A stretch of DNA of 64,000 nucleotides from assembly GCF_006345805.1 (NCBI RefSeq), contig NC_043006.1, forward strand, positions 9,796,001 to 9,860,000, written 5' to 3'. Source of the DNA: Octopus sinensis. Its lineage: Eukaryota. Below the pieces are notes generated by a model. That model was given only the letters and a program-made list of their open reading frames with translations, ran no database searches and had not been told where the DNA came from. Every line of letters begins with the position of its first letter. Positions within the stretch are counted from its first letter, which is position 1. A program made the translations under genes and the position numbers. This document shows, piece after piece, positions 1 to 13,280 of this stretch.

Positions 1-8
1 ATATATGG

Positions 9-369
9 AAGCACTCCGTCGGTTACGACGACGAGGGTTCCGGTTGAGCCTGCTCGTGAAATTAACGTGCAAGTGGCTGAGCACTCCACAGACACGTGTA
101 CCCTTAACGTAGTTCTCGGGGATATTCAGCGTGACACAGAGAGTGACAAGGCCGGCCCTTTGAAATACAGGTACAACAGAAACAGGAAGTAAGAGTGGGA
201 GAAGTTGTGGTGAAAGAGTATAGCAGGGATCACCACCATCCCTGCCGGAGCCTCGTGGAGCTTTAGGTGTTTTCGCTCAATAAACACTCACAACGCCCGG
301 TCTGGGAATCGAAACCGCGATCCTACGACCGCGAGACCGCTGCCCTAACCACTGGGCCATTGCGCCTCC
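9..369 (-). mobile_element. tRNA-derived SINE, family C (tRNA-Arg-like head), tail type 1
   Basis: Minus strand starts GGAGGCGCAATGGCCCAGTGG (A box, 349-359) and carries GGTTTCGATTCCC (B box, 304-316). The 5' ~190 bp match the copy at 4932. TA tracts on both sides. Confidence 0.85.
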
Positions 370-370
370 T

Positions 371-417
371 ATATATATATATATATTATATATATATATA
401 TGCACACACACACACAC

Positions 418-510
<93 letters not shown>
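371..510. repeat. (TA)n/(CA)n microsatellite, representative of dozens in the window
   Basis: Direct reading. Confidence 0.95.
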
Positions 511-513
<3 letters not shown>

Positions 514-663
514 TGCATGTATGTACGTATGAATATATGTATGTATAGGAATATATATCTACGTGTTTATATGAGGATATACAAGTGAAGCCATATGCTA
601 AAGCTTTGCTGAAATGTCTCGAATGTAAGCTTTTAGCATCACGAGAGTGATAAAGTATACTTA

Positions 664-735
664 GTGATATTTCGTCTACTGTGACGCTCTAAGTTGAAAT
701 TCGGCCGCGATCGACTTTCCCTTTCATCCTTTGAT
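664..735 (+). mobile_element. SINE family B fragment
   Basis: Degenerate match to TATTTCGTCT...GTCGACTTTGCCTTTCATCCTTT of the other B copies. Confidence 0.5.
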
Positions 736-879
736 GATGCTCTGATTGAGTACAAATATTGTATATAAATGTACCATGCACACAAGGGAAGAAATCTGAT
801 TCATTTAAGAACCGTTATTGTAACCATGTTGCTAGCTTTAAGACATTCAATAAGAGACATTTTACATCTTTATAAGATT

Positions 880-1276
880 TGGTATGGCGATTGGAGAGGG
901 ATAAAACTAAATGCAGAATTATATATTCTATAGTAAGGACATACTCTACGGAGAGCTTGCTAGGAGCACTATAGGTCTGTGGGAAGACCGTTCTTACGAT
1001 ACAAGGATGTTTGCAAAAGACATGAAGGCCTACGGCATCAATATTGGAAACTGGCAAGTAGTTGCTAGCAACCGTGGAATTTGGCGACGTACCGTAAGAG
1101 GGAACACAAAGGAGTGACATAGAGAGAGAGGAGAAATGGAAAGACAAGAAAAGACGTCAACAATAAACCATGACATTTCAAACAGCCAGGCAAAGTCTTC
1201 GCTACATTTGCGGCAGGGGGAGTGTTTGTCCAGGATAGGACTACACAGCCACAGCAGGAGATGTATTAGGACATGA
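880..1276 (+). pseudogene. RTE-clade LINE 3' fragment, frameshifted
   Basis: Translates to LYGEL...KDMKAYGINIGNWQVVASNRGIWRRTV and, after frameshifts, C-G-R..CLSRIGLHSHSRRC, the C-terminal zinc-finger motif of RTE ORFs. Confidence 0.8.
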
Positions 1277-2944
1277 AATGTAAAAACCGGACTAGAGGTT
1301 ACAGGCAAAATGTAATCCATAGATAGAGTGGCAAACAAAATGCAATAACAATCGAAATAGAAAATACATAAAGAAGCAGACAAAAGAAAAGAAAATAGGT
1401 GTAGGTTTCCGTAAATTTCTATTCAACCTTAATGGTCAGATTATAAGGAAAAGTTCTAAGCAAACTGAAGAATAAAACAAAGCATTTAAAGAAAGTAAAG
1501 TAATAAATTGGTTAAGACTGACCTTTTCCGTACTTATCAATTGTCTCTTTTAATTACCTCAATTAACCTCTGTCTCCCGTTACAGTACTGGCCAAACTGA
1601 CATAAATTTCACACCTCTAGATTTTATAAGCTATTTGAAACAATTATGAAAAAGTAATTAGTAGGCATCCTTACACCAGCTCCACCCCGTATATTCTTCC
1701 AATGTCCACTTACGAGTTCGTGTGTTTGTGCGTGTGTGTGGACATATGCACCTTACTAAGATTCTTATTATCTTTTCCGGTTATATCAATAATGTATGAT
1801 GGATTGAAAACTCTAATCCACATACAACGTAATGAGTATATTTTTAAATATATGAATATGTATCTATATACAGATATGTGTATATAAAAAAAACACCCAT
1901 GCATTCATCTATATATGCTCATATCAGTATATAAACAGCATTAGCTACTTTGGTGCTAGAGTATCGCAATCCAGGAATGATGTAAGGCGTTAGCGAAAAC
2001 AATGCATCGGGCTAAAGCGTTAACCCATGACGGTCATGAAATTTGGATGGTTTGTTGTTGACACAACTTCACTGAAGATTAGATACATTACTATGTAGTT
2101 CTCGTTTTCTCTATACCTACTGGACTATTCTTGACAGTGTCTTGAGTATACATTCAAGGAATATATAGTGAAGTTCATATTTTAAAAGCTCAAAGAGTCC
2201 CACCTGAAACTTCAGCAGCCGTGTCAAATCAACCTTAATTTTTCTGTGGTCACCAAACGTACTACGTTCCAACATAGGTTCTTAGTGGTAATATTTTATC
2301 ATCTTTATGCGTCAAGAAATTTTGTATGTTCTATAAATATATTCTTGAGATCGGTTTTCTATGTTATTTTGGCATACTCGTTGGAGCATAGTGTAATTAG
2401 TATTTTACACATCTCGACAAATGGTGCATGCTAGTGTATCATTGAACATGCATGCCAGATTTAAATTAAAGGTCCACCTTCGTGGTAGAGTTAGGCTACA
2501 CCTATGCACAGATGCATCAATTTTCCTAGTTTTCAAAACCATGTGGTCTTTTAAATCTAATTTAGTGAGAGTATATATACATGAGGGTTTTAGAAACCGA
2601 AACAATTATGTTTATGTTCACTGCTATTATCGCAGTACCCATCTGGAGTAAACTGTAGAATAGAATTGTATAACAAATGCAATGCGTATTATTACATTTT
2701 ATGTAATTGTATTCCTCTTTGTCTCTACACAAGTAGACAACGCATTTTGTAATGGAAATACGTATCGCAGCTACTCTAATAGGTGAGAAATGGAGCAAAG
2801 AAGGTTCCCGTTTGAATAGGCGATTCTTCAGTTCCTTGACGAAGCAAAATGACGCAATAAAAGTATTTACAAGTATAAGTGAACATGCTTATGGACGTAA
2901 ATCAGAAACGTATATGCCCATTGATCTGTCCTCTAACTTGGCAG

Positions 2945-3064
2945 GGCATTGGAGCGCAAGTAATTCAGCAAGTACGTGTAGAAGGCGACTGCATTTATAT
3001 GAAGTCAAGCAACTTATTAAGCGGTAAAACGAAGGTAGACAATGATGTGTGGAAGGTGTACTAA
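2945..3064 (+). CDS. Possible terminal coding exon, unknown protein
   Basis: Branch-like CTCTAAC plus TTGGCAG acceptor at 2931-2944, 39 open codons (GIGAQVIQQVRVEGDCIYMKSS...VWKVY*), AATAAA at 3078-3083. No homology established. Confidence 0.22.
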   Translation, partial: GIGAQVIQQVRVEGDCIYMKSSNLLSGKTKVDNDVWKVY

Positions 3065-4204
3065 TGGTGAACACGCCAATAAACTGGTGAATTTTATCTT
3101 ATTTCTACCTTTATATAATTATAATTGATTAATATCCATCATTTTATACAATAGCAGATATGCTTCAAAATGCAATTGCTGACGTATCAGTACATTATGG
3201 AAGTACTGGTGCTTATACACGTGGCTCTATGATTTAGATAACGAGTGTGCATACAAAAGCCCAGTACCAGAATGTAATTAACCAGTAAGCTAATTGGCTG
3301 TATATTGTGTTATATTCCAACAATTAACTGTCTGGCTAAAGTTATATTTCTTTAACTATCTCGATTTTATGTATGCTTAATACTTAAATTTGATATTAGT
3401 TATTTCAAACTTAATTTACCTGAGAAATTTCTATTATATTTGAATTCAATACAGTTATGCATACTTATATGTAAATTTATATATGAGTGGATGTATGAAC
3501 ATCCAGGAGCCTGTGCGTGTATGTATTAGGCATATATGTAAGCAATATGATAACATCCGAAATAAATATTGGTTGGTTAGTAAATTTCTCCGCTTACATT
3601 TTATATCGTATAAGTGAAAAGTGTGAAATTCAGTGAGAACAAAGATAAGAGACGCAGGAAGAGTGCTAGGTAACATGCAACGCACACAATGTTGAGACAA
3701 GTATAGTGATTAGGAAGTGGGAGAGAGAGTAAATGTCTGAGATATGAGAGGGGATTTAAAATTGAGAAATATGTTATGCCTAAGTTATGCATCTATAAGG
3801 CGGGTTATATTTTAGTACATGTAGATATAATATAAATTAGAGTGCATGTGCGTTTTTATAAGGGCATGTCGCCGAAATGCTCCAAAATAATGCTTGCTCA
3901 TGGAGAAGGTTTTTAGTTAATTGTAATAAAACAATGCAATTTGCTACAAGAAATAACACAACGTTCACGTCGGGGAATTTAAATCCCTTTAGGTTACAGC
4001 ATCTTAAAATCATGGTTCCTGAGTGAGCATACGCTTCTATTTGAGTATTTTCATACTCTCTGTCTAGCTACATCTCTATCGATCTATCTATTTGTCTATC
4101 TATCTATCTATCTATCTATCTATTTATCTATCTATTTTTACTATCAGTGGTCTAGCGTATAGAAACAAAATTAGTCGATATACTATATATAATTCATATA
4201 AATA

Positions 4205-4371
4205 CAGTGTACAATTACACACTTAAGACGTATACATCATAGGGTACCTGGCACGCCAAAATCCAAACCACTGCGAAATTTATTCCTAACAATGGTTTGG
4301 ATTTTGGCTATTCCTTCTAGCGTGCCAGATATCCTATGATGGATACCTCGTTTGTGTTTAAATGTACACTG
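4205..4371. mobile_element. Tc1/mariner-type MITE (imperfect palindrome)
   Basis: CAGTG...CACTG ends, TA on the left and TG on the right. Internal arms pair: CATCATAGG.T..CTGGCACGC and CAAAATCCAAACCA/TGGTTTGGATTTTG. Confidence 0.62.
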
Positions 4372-4429
4372 TGTATATATATATATATGCATCCCTTCTG
4401 CCGGAAACACAAGGCATCAGATTTCGAAT

Positions 4430-4585
4430 TCAGTCGATTACGTCAACTACAGTGCGTAATTGGTACTTATTTAATCCACCCAAATGAATGAAAGGCAAAG
4501 TCAACCCGGGCAGAATTCAGAACGTAGCGTAAGACGTAATAAAGCTAAGCATTTCGCCGGGTGTGCTAACGATTCTGCCACTTCA
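4430..4585 (-). mobile_element. SINE family B, degraded
   Basis: Reverse-complement match to the B head and core. Confidence 0.72.
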
Positions 4586-4728
4586 CTGCATTTCTCTGTG
4601 TGTATGTGTCTCGCTGTCTCTCTATCTCTCACTTTGTCTCTTTCTCCACTTGTTTGTCCGTCTATATGTGTGTGTATGTGTGTGTGTGCGTGTGTGTGCG
4701 TGTGTGTGTCTGTGTGTGTCTTCTGATG

Positions 4729-4789
<61 letters not shown>

Positions 4790-4931
4790 GAGTATGTATG
4801 TGCGTGTAAATATATATATATAATATATATATATATATTATATATACACGTACATACATACTCACATATATATATATACACAGACACACAGACACAGACA
4901 CGCACACACACGCAGACACACACACATATGT

Positions 4932-5235
4932 GGAGGTGCAATGGCCCAGTGGTAAGGGCAGCGGACTCGCGGTCGTAGGATCGCGGTTTCGATTCCCATA
5001 CCGGGCGTTGTGAGTGTTTATTGAGCGAAAACACCTTAAAGCTCCACGAAGCTCCGGCAGGGGGTGCTGATCCCTGCTGTACTCTTTCACCACTGTTTCT
5101 CTCACTCTTTCTTCTATTGGCCTGCTCGCTTAGCCAGTGGGGTGGCGTAATTCGAAGGCTAAAACAATGCGAACGCATTGTGGCCAGCGATGTGTAACAA
5201 CATCTGATGGTCTGATCGGTCACGTGATCACGTGA
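4932..5235 (+). mobile_element. tRNA-derived SINE family C, tail type 2
   Basis: A box TGGCCCAGTGG, B box GGTTTCGATTCCC. Head and body shared with 9-369, but the 3' part differs and ends GGTCACGTGATCACGTGAT. Confidence 0.85.
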
Positions 5236-5390
5236 TATATATATATATATGTAATATATACGTGTATATATTACAGGGTAAATGTTTTTTAAATTTTCTC
5301 CTGTTTACGGAATTAATCTTTATTTGCGGTTGAAGCTTTGGCTGTTATTTCTAGTGGGTGAATGGCCTATCATGGCCGTTCCTTGATTGT

Positions 5391-5455
<65 letters not shown>

Positions 5456-6471
5456 ATATATATATATTCCTATTTTTATTTTCCTAAAATGTTCGTTGCG
5501 TCTTCCAACCTTTTCCATAGATTTAACTCTTCATTATTAAAACTACTTTCCTTTTTGTGTGTTTGTGCGCATGTGTGTTGGTCAGTGTATCTGTCTGTGC
5601 CTATGGATGTATGTATGTATGCATCTGTGTGTGTATATATGTGTGTGTGTGTATGAAGATCTATATATGTATGTATGTGTGTGCAACTGTATGTATTTAT
5701 TTTGCATATTCCTGTGCCTGCTGTCCGACATCGGTGTTTTAACCACACATAAAGCGTGCCCTTGTTTAAAACACCTATAAGGCAACGGGTCCGCAGCTAG
5801 CTTTTCTATTGTTGACGTATATGTAGTTTCAAAATGCCTTATTTTACAACTATGAGATCTATTGTTATTGTCATGACTTTATTTTACTATAATCAACAAC
5901 TAGCACATTTCGTCAATATAAAATCTTTATTAGATAATAAAAATAACATTATCAAAACAAATACCGGTTTATACACCGGAAAATATGGTAATTGTAGTGG
6001 CTATGATATGTTCGCTCGCTGGTTGCAAGTTTGTAGTGTAGAAAGAAGGGAAAGTGTAAGGAATGCACGGTGCTGATTAGAAAGGAAGAAAAGATAACAG
6101 TGGCATCGTCTTCGCTCGCCATACGAACAGAACAGAGTAGTAGAGATGACCCGGAATTTGTTGCTCTTCTATTACCATCTCAAACATCAGTAGCTTTCTT
6201 CAAGCTAATACGCGTGGTTGATTGGTTGAAATTACCGAAATACGAAAACTTTAAAACGAAATAACTTCTAAAATACGAAATTTTGGCTGAAAAGTTGAGA
6301 GTAAACCGTGTTCTACGTGATAAATTCTACAAGTATTCGAAGTTTGAAACTATTTATTTAAAACAAATTACACACACACACAAACACAAATTTACAAACA
6401 CACGCACACAAAATCAAAAGTCTAAAGTGGTGTATATTAGATATTTGTATGAACGTATTTATGTATGCTTG

Positions 6472-6564
<93 letters not shown>

Positions 6565-7325
6565 ATGCTTGTGTGAGTGTGTGTGTATGTATTATGTATG
6601 TATGCATGCATGTATATATGTATGTATGTGTGTGACTGTTTGTGTGTTGTATCTATGCATTCACAAACATGTGTATTCTCCGTCGTGTGTATATAACAAC
6701 CTTATTAATGTGATCATCCCATTCTCACCGCTGCTCTCGCCTTCACTGTTACATGTCACCGTCTCTCTATCACTACCTTTCCCGCTGTTTCTACATTTGG
6801 CTTATACTTTTTGTAACCTTCTCATTTTATCATATAATTTGCACAACGCCCCAAGGGGTCATTTTATAGAATATTATTACAATCGAATTAGCCTTTTATT
6901 GAACTGGATGTTAGTGTAAAATATATTTAAAGTTTCGTGAATATTGATTCGGTTTTTTAGACCTCCAGATTTTAATAGACAGACGGACAGACAGAAATTG
7001 GCATGCATATATATATAATTTCACGCACATGTAGATACATACGTATATGTGTGTCTCTATGTGTCTCTATGTATGTGATTGTGTGCGTGCTTATGTATGT
7101 GAGTGCTTGTGTATGTCTGTGAAATATACTACAGAAATGCAGAAGATATTCAAACGGTTGTCAAGCACTTCTAAGTCCATTCGTATCATCAGTAGTCCTC
7201 TCTAGATCGTAAGCGTTTCCCCCCTCAGATTGTACGCTTCGCCTGAATAGAACAGCAGCGAGGATTGCGCTCCTCTTGACCTATGTACTTGGGAATCAAT
7301 TTATTTACCACACTGCCACGCCTGC

Positions 7326-7378
<53 letters not shown>

Positions 7379-7407
7379 GCTATATATATATATATATATA
7401 TATATAT

Positions 7408-7617
7408 CGCCATGTTGATTCGCTAGCTTCTGCACGCATTCTTTTCTCTCCTTGTTTCTCTCCGTGTTTCTTTTCTGTGTATCTTTCTGTTGAAGAGCGT
7501 AGGCTCGAAACGTAAAAGACTTGTTTTATTTATATTCCTGAGCACCATAATAATACAATTGTTTGTTTGTATTCCACCTGCCTTCGTCTTTTGTTTATTT
7601 TCATAAAGCTTCCGTTA
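7408..7617 (+). mobile_element. Penelope-type terminal-repeat fragment carrying an HHR-like motif
   Basis: Pyrimidine-rich unit between TA tracts. Shares the HHR stem II (GAGC/GCTC) and a downstream TTCCTGAGCA..AATAATAC block with 51850-52045. Confidence 0.5.
7482..7519 (+). ncRNA. Minimal type-I hammerhead motif with A6->U lesion
   Basis: Stem I TCTTT/AAAGA; core CTGTTGAA; stem II GAGC-gtag-GCTC; GAAA; stem III palindrome ACGT; site GUA at 7512-7514. Confidence 0.55.
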
Positions 7618-7629
7618 TATATGTATATA

Positions 7630-7701
<72 letters not shown>

Positions 7702-7706
<5 letters not shown>

Positions 7707-8838
7707 CAGCCTTGCTGCACTCATACGAGATGACCTTCCACTTGGCATCGAGATCTCGTACAGAATGGACGGCAAGCTTTTCAACCTCGCACGCCTCAAA
7801 AGTACGTCATAGATAATGGCGCGAAGCTTGCTAGAATTCCAATATGCCGACGACAACAGTGTAGCAGCTTCCAGAGAGGATCACCTCCAACAGATCCTAA
7901 ATGCTTTTCATCATGCATATACTAAACTTGGACTGAGCATCAACATCAAGAATACTCACTAACTCTACCAACCACCTCCCAATGCCCGTGTTGACAACCC
8001 GCCATCGATTCAACTCGAAGGAATTCCACTGGAAAATGTGAACGATTTCTGCTACCTTCGGAGCCATCTGTCAGCAAAGGTAGACCTCAGCGATGAAATC
8101 CAACACCGTCTGAAGTACGCAGGAACAGCTTTTGGCAAGCTTCGAACAAGAGTATTTGCTGATCGGGACATCCGAAACGAAACCAAATTCATGGTGTACA
8201 GGGCAGTCATTATTCCAACCCTCCTTTACGCATCCGAAACCTGGACCCCGTATAGTCACCACCTGAAAACGCTCGAGACATTTCACCAACGCTGTCTTCG
8301 GAAGATCCTTAACATCAGCTGGGAAGACAGAACTAACGTCAGCGTGCTACAAGAAGCAAAAATGACCAGCATCGAAGCCTATGTCATCAAAGTCCAACTA
8401 AGATGGAGCGGCCACGTGGTTAGAATGACTGACGAACGACTTCCCAAACAGATCTTCTACTCCCAACTCAAAGACGGCAAGCGTACAAATGGAGGCCAGA
8501 AGAAACGCTTCAAGGACTCCCTGAAAACGAACCTCAAAAAGTGTGGCATTGACTTCACTAACTGGGAGGAAACGGCAAAAAATAGACCAATCTGGAAAAC
8601 CATCATCCATGAGGGAACGGCGACTTTCGAGTCGAAGAGGTAGAGCTGGAGGAGAAAAGACGACGACGGAAGGTGCGCCAACAACAACCACGTGCGATTC
8701 TCCCTTCCGGCACAAGGTGTCCGCTCTGCGACCGATCTTTTCAAGCAAGAATTGGTCTTATCGGTCACCTACGGACTCACCAGTAAATTTGCGCGAATAC
8801 CATCATCCTCGACCTTGAGGGATTGCCATCATCATCAT
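7702..8838 (+). mobile_element. 5'-truncated RTE-clade LINE (RT C-half, zinc finger, 3' UTR, (ATC)n tail)
   Basis: YADD at 7843-7854 is in frame with ORF 8038-8643 (LLYASETWT, LRWSGHVVRM). In-frame stops at 7810 and 7960. A 1-nt deletion near 8640 moves CPLCDRSFQARIGLIGHLRTHQ* (stop 8784-8786) to another frame. Confidence 0.95.
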
Positions 8839-8883
8839 ATATATATATTACATATATATATATATATTTAGTTATATACACAC

Positions 8884-8914
<31 letters not shown>

Positions 8915-8934
8915 ATATATTATATATATATACA

Positions 8935-8968
<34 letters not shown>

Positions 8969-9445
8969 AAGAGGGAAAGAGAAAGAGAAGCAAGGAGCAT
9001 GCAATCGTTTTGATCAATCCATTAGAACTCCCTCGTATATAATGTTCTACGTATCTTGGGGGAAATATATATCATGCATTGCAATTAGTCTAAGTGATCT
9101 TGTAGTCAATAGTAATCTTTGTTGCATGTCATCAGCGAGGCTTAGAAATAAAACGAATGGCATTATGAAACATTATCTGGAATGTGTTGGCAATAATATA
9201 CATATAGCCCCAATATATCTTTCGAAAGACTTGACCGTATTGATTGACACAATTAAAACGCATGAAATAGTTTGTCCGTATGAAAATACATCTACCTAGT
9301 GAAAGTACATCTGAATAAACATTCCATGATTCGGGTGCCTGATTTGCAGCAAATAATTTATTAGCAACACTGCATAATATAAGTGAACAAAAAGTTTCAT
9401 TTCGAAGTCTATATTTACTAGATGTTATTCACGTTCTCTTTTAAG

Positions 9446-9630
9446 GAGGTAAAGTGGCAAAATCGTTACCGCTTCAGGAAAAATGCTTAGCGGCATTTCT
9501 GTAGACTTTACGTCCTGAGATAAAATGTCGCCGGGGTCGATAAAATAAGCAATAGTTAAACACTGGTTTCCATGTAATCGACTTATCCTCACTCACGATT
9601 TTGTAGGCCATGTGACAATATTGAAATCAA
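9446..9630 (+). mobile_element. SINE family B, degraded with internal deletion
   Basis: Head-like GTGGCAAAATCGTTA..., GGGGTCGATAAAATAAG, ATGTAATCGACTTATCC. Confidence 0.62.
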
Positions 9631-10163
9631 TAGTACCAAATGCTGCAAATTTGCTTAATAAACAAAGTAGAAACGATTCGGTATCAAAATACGAAATAAG
9701 CAAAATTTTCAATTTTAATATATGCTACCAGCTACAAAAGCTGTAGACATTTTTGTTAATACTGCCAAACGATTGTATTGTTTGTAAAAGGTCAAACAAT
9801 AAATCAATAAATAATGAAAGTAAAATTTACAGTGAAAACAAAAGCAATATAAATATGTTGTCCTATTTTTGTTCTGCCGAGTATTTTATTGTGATGTTTT
9901 TAGAAAATATGTATAATTGTTTAGAAAAATGTGGCATATGTAGATTGCATATAATTAAAAATATCTACTGCGTCTTCGATATTGTAATTTTGTACTTCAT
10001 AAGCAGCTGTCTTGTGTACAAAGAATTGTTTTACTTTTCATGATATTTGCAATATTTCTTTTTGCTCCGGTGTGAATCGAACAAAATTCAAACATTTCTA
10101 ACCTGAAAAGAACAAACTATTGCCACCAATATGTAAGCGTGCGTGAGCATTCGCGGGTGTGTG

Positions 10164-10198
<35 letters not shown>

Positions 10199-12109
10199 CA
10201 GACAGACAGGCAGAGACAGAGACAGAGACGGACAAACAGACAGACAGACAGACGAAGAGACAGTGACAGAGACTGGCAGTCAGACAGTGAGTGAGTGTCT
10301 TCTTACATGAACATGTAATGAACGTCATGTGTTAATAATTAGAAGTAGAGTGAATCCATTAGAATAAAACTCAAAGACAACGAACGGTTCGAGAAAGAAA
10401 GAATTGGGGAGGCAAACGGTAAAACACTGCACATAATACATAAATACGGGGATTCATTTTCCTCGCATCCCCAACGAAAGAACTCAATAGTTTCAAATAT
10501 ATATATAAGAGAATGCCATCGCAAGCTTAACTATATTTCCCAAATATTACAGCTTTGACAACATATATATATACCATAGTACAGAAGCACAGATATTACG
10601 TTTTAGAAACATATATTAGATTTTGATCCAGAATTGTTGCATGCCAGCTGGACTAAATAACATCCACTACCGGTGAGTGTTTGTTGACGCTCCTGTAAGT
10701 TAGCGGTGTCTTAGGAATTGAGCTACAGTATAAATACCACTTCTACATTAATTTTGCGGTCCCTTTTCCCAAAATGCTTCAAGGCGACGCTCCAGCATGG
10801 CGGCATCCCAATGACAGGGACACATAAATTAGTGATTCTTGCACATATGAGTTTGTGCGAAAGATTTTCAGATCTCAGTATCCTCCTCGTAACTAATTTT
10901 TAACGTATATTAACGATGTGTCTTTGAATAAAGTCTATTTTTGACGTACGTTGTTATAGGAATTTACTGTCCAAAGTAATTGTTCTGCGTTTAAAATGAT
11001 TCTATATGCGTTTAAATGCATGCAGAAATATCAAAAGCTGCGACAACATATATGTGAGATGCTTACATGCGTACATTAATACATACACATACGTACTGAT
11101 ATGCATACATACACGCACACATACATACGTACATATATACTTCCACACACATATACACAGACATACATATATGTGTTTATATTTGTATATATTAAGCTAC
11201 ACGATGTATGATTATGATATCCATCGCCTTGTGTAATAACTCGTAACTAGAGTTCAGTATTACTTAGCAGAAACATATTAATCATAACATTTAGCAGTAT
11301 GTAATTTATATGCATAATATGACCCCCCCCCAACTACTGATTTTCGTGCTCAGAAAATTTAAAGGTAGTGTTGTATGGGATTTTATCAACTTGTAATCAT
11401 CGCGTTGAAAGTTTTGGAGTGAACTTTGAGGATTGCGGCTATACTATTAGCCGTAGGCTTCAAAGGATTACTATGCCATTAGTTGAAATCGGGAATGTTG
11501 GTTTTTAATTATATACGCATAGATACATCTGTCAGTAAATGTATACCAACGCGTCAAGAAAGCAAAGCTAAAAGACCTTTTTCTAGGAGATTTAACAGTT
11601 AAATTTCCCCTAAGCCACATACCTGGCTTTCGAAAAGTATGTTATATTTCATGATGTATTTAGAGATAAACTATGCCAGAATCACGCATGAAGTGCCTAT
11701 CATCATAAATTAACTTAAATAATGTCACGCTGAGAGTAAATTAAAGCCAGAGCAACGATTCTCACCATATTTTAACATTTTGATCTTCTACGTGTATAGG
11801 TTTGGTGATGCGGCACTTATAAATTCAATTCACATATTTACATATATATATCATAATTATATATTAATATCCATATATAATTGTCGCTATGTTTTGTTGT
11901 AATATTTGCGTAGGTGTGTTTGCATAGTGTAGGTTATTACATCAACAACGCAAGGTATTTTGGAGATAGCTATAAAGGTTTACTATGGATTATCTTCTTT
12001 CTTTCTACATAATTGCATTTAGCTATATGTAACATAATGCCAAATGTTTAGAGGCCATATACAGTTACTTGACCATCTTTGATATTTAAAATTATACCCT
12101 TTATCAAAA

Positions 12110-12320
12110 GCGGCGAGCTTTAGAATTGTTGGCGTGCCGGGAGAAATGCTTAGCTGTCTTTCGTCCTTCTTTACGTTCTGAGATCAAATTACGCCGTGGT
12201 CGACATTGCCCTTCATCCTTTCGACGTCGCTACAATAAGTACTAGTTGTGTACTGGGGTCGATGTAATCGACTTATCCCCTCCCCCGAAATTGCTGGCAT
12301 CGTGCCACAATTTGACACTA
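12110..12320 (+). mobile_element. SINE family B, tail type 2
   Basis: Full head and core plus CCCCTCCCCCGAAATTGCTGGC tail. Confidence 0.8.
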
Positions 12321-12435
12321 ATATAATTCCCTTGATCTTTGCGTTTCGTATGCCTCAACCTTCGTTACGACAGGCAAATTTTCTTTTCGTGTTTAAAAGT
12401 TATTTTCTAGTACTAACCGGAGACTTATCTACTGA

Positions 12436-12508
<73 letters not shown>

Positions 12509-12509
12509 T

Positions 12510-12564
<55 letters not shown>

Positions 12565-12569
<5 letters not shown>

Positions 12570-13255
12570 CGATACCCAAAAGCAACCGGAAACATTCTCT
12601 GTGTGATATGCCCTTTGTAGTTCAGGCTTCTGCCGCTAGAAATCACTTGAAGCGAACCTTAGGCTTCAGTCAGCCGTCTGACGTCATTGGCGAATATCGT
12701 ACTGCCACGGAGTGCGTCTTTGTTTTGAAGTGCTTCACCCGAGTTCGTTGATTTTTGAATTGGCTGAAATGAATGAACAGCATACATCAGTGAAATTCAA
12801 ATTTTCTGCAAGGGAAAATGGCAGCCAAAACTATTTTCATGCTTGAAACGGCAGTCATTATCAGTTTACGAGTGGTTTTCATGTTTCAGGAATGGTCACT
12901 TGTTTCTTGAAGACCAACCTTCCAGGCGAATAAAAACATCGTGAAAATTCGTGAACTGATTTTGGAAGACGCTCACCGAAAAATTGATGAACTTGTTGAT
13001 AAGACTGCTTTTGCCTGGAGTTCCTGCTAACGAATATTGAGTGACGAATTATAAATGAAAAGTGTTGCAGCAGAATTTATAACTTGCTTGATCACGAAAG
13101 ATGAAAAGCAATCACGCCTGAAAGCGTGTCGTGAACTCATGGTATAGTTGGAAATTAATCCGCCTTTTCTCCGAAGTTCAATAGCGACCAAAGCTGGTGC
13201 TACGGAATATGCAGATACTGAAGAGGTGAAGGAAAAAACAACGGATGTTTAAAAA
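12565..13255 (+). pseudogene. Mariner remnant (TIR-like 5' end, N-terminal HTH region, internal deletion)
   Basis: ATG at 12769. Broken frames give YEWFSCFRNG..LEDQP, KIRELILED, RILSDEL*MKSVAAEF, typical of mariner transposase N-termini. Confidence 0.72.
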
Positions 13256-13280
13256 AGCATCGCACACATACACATATATC

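Noticed and set aside
4932-5010. tRNA gene call for SINE heads (also families A and B)
   Set aside because: They run into SINE bodies and lack a full cloverleaf.
5733-5775. 10-bp inverted repeat
   Set aside because: Expected by chance in AT-rich DNA of this length.
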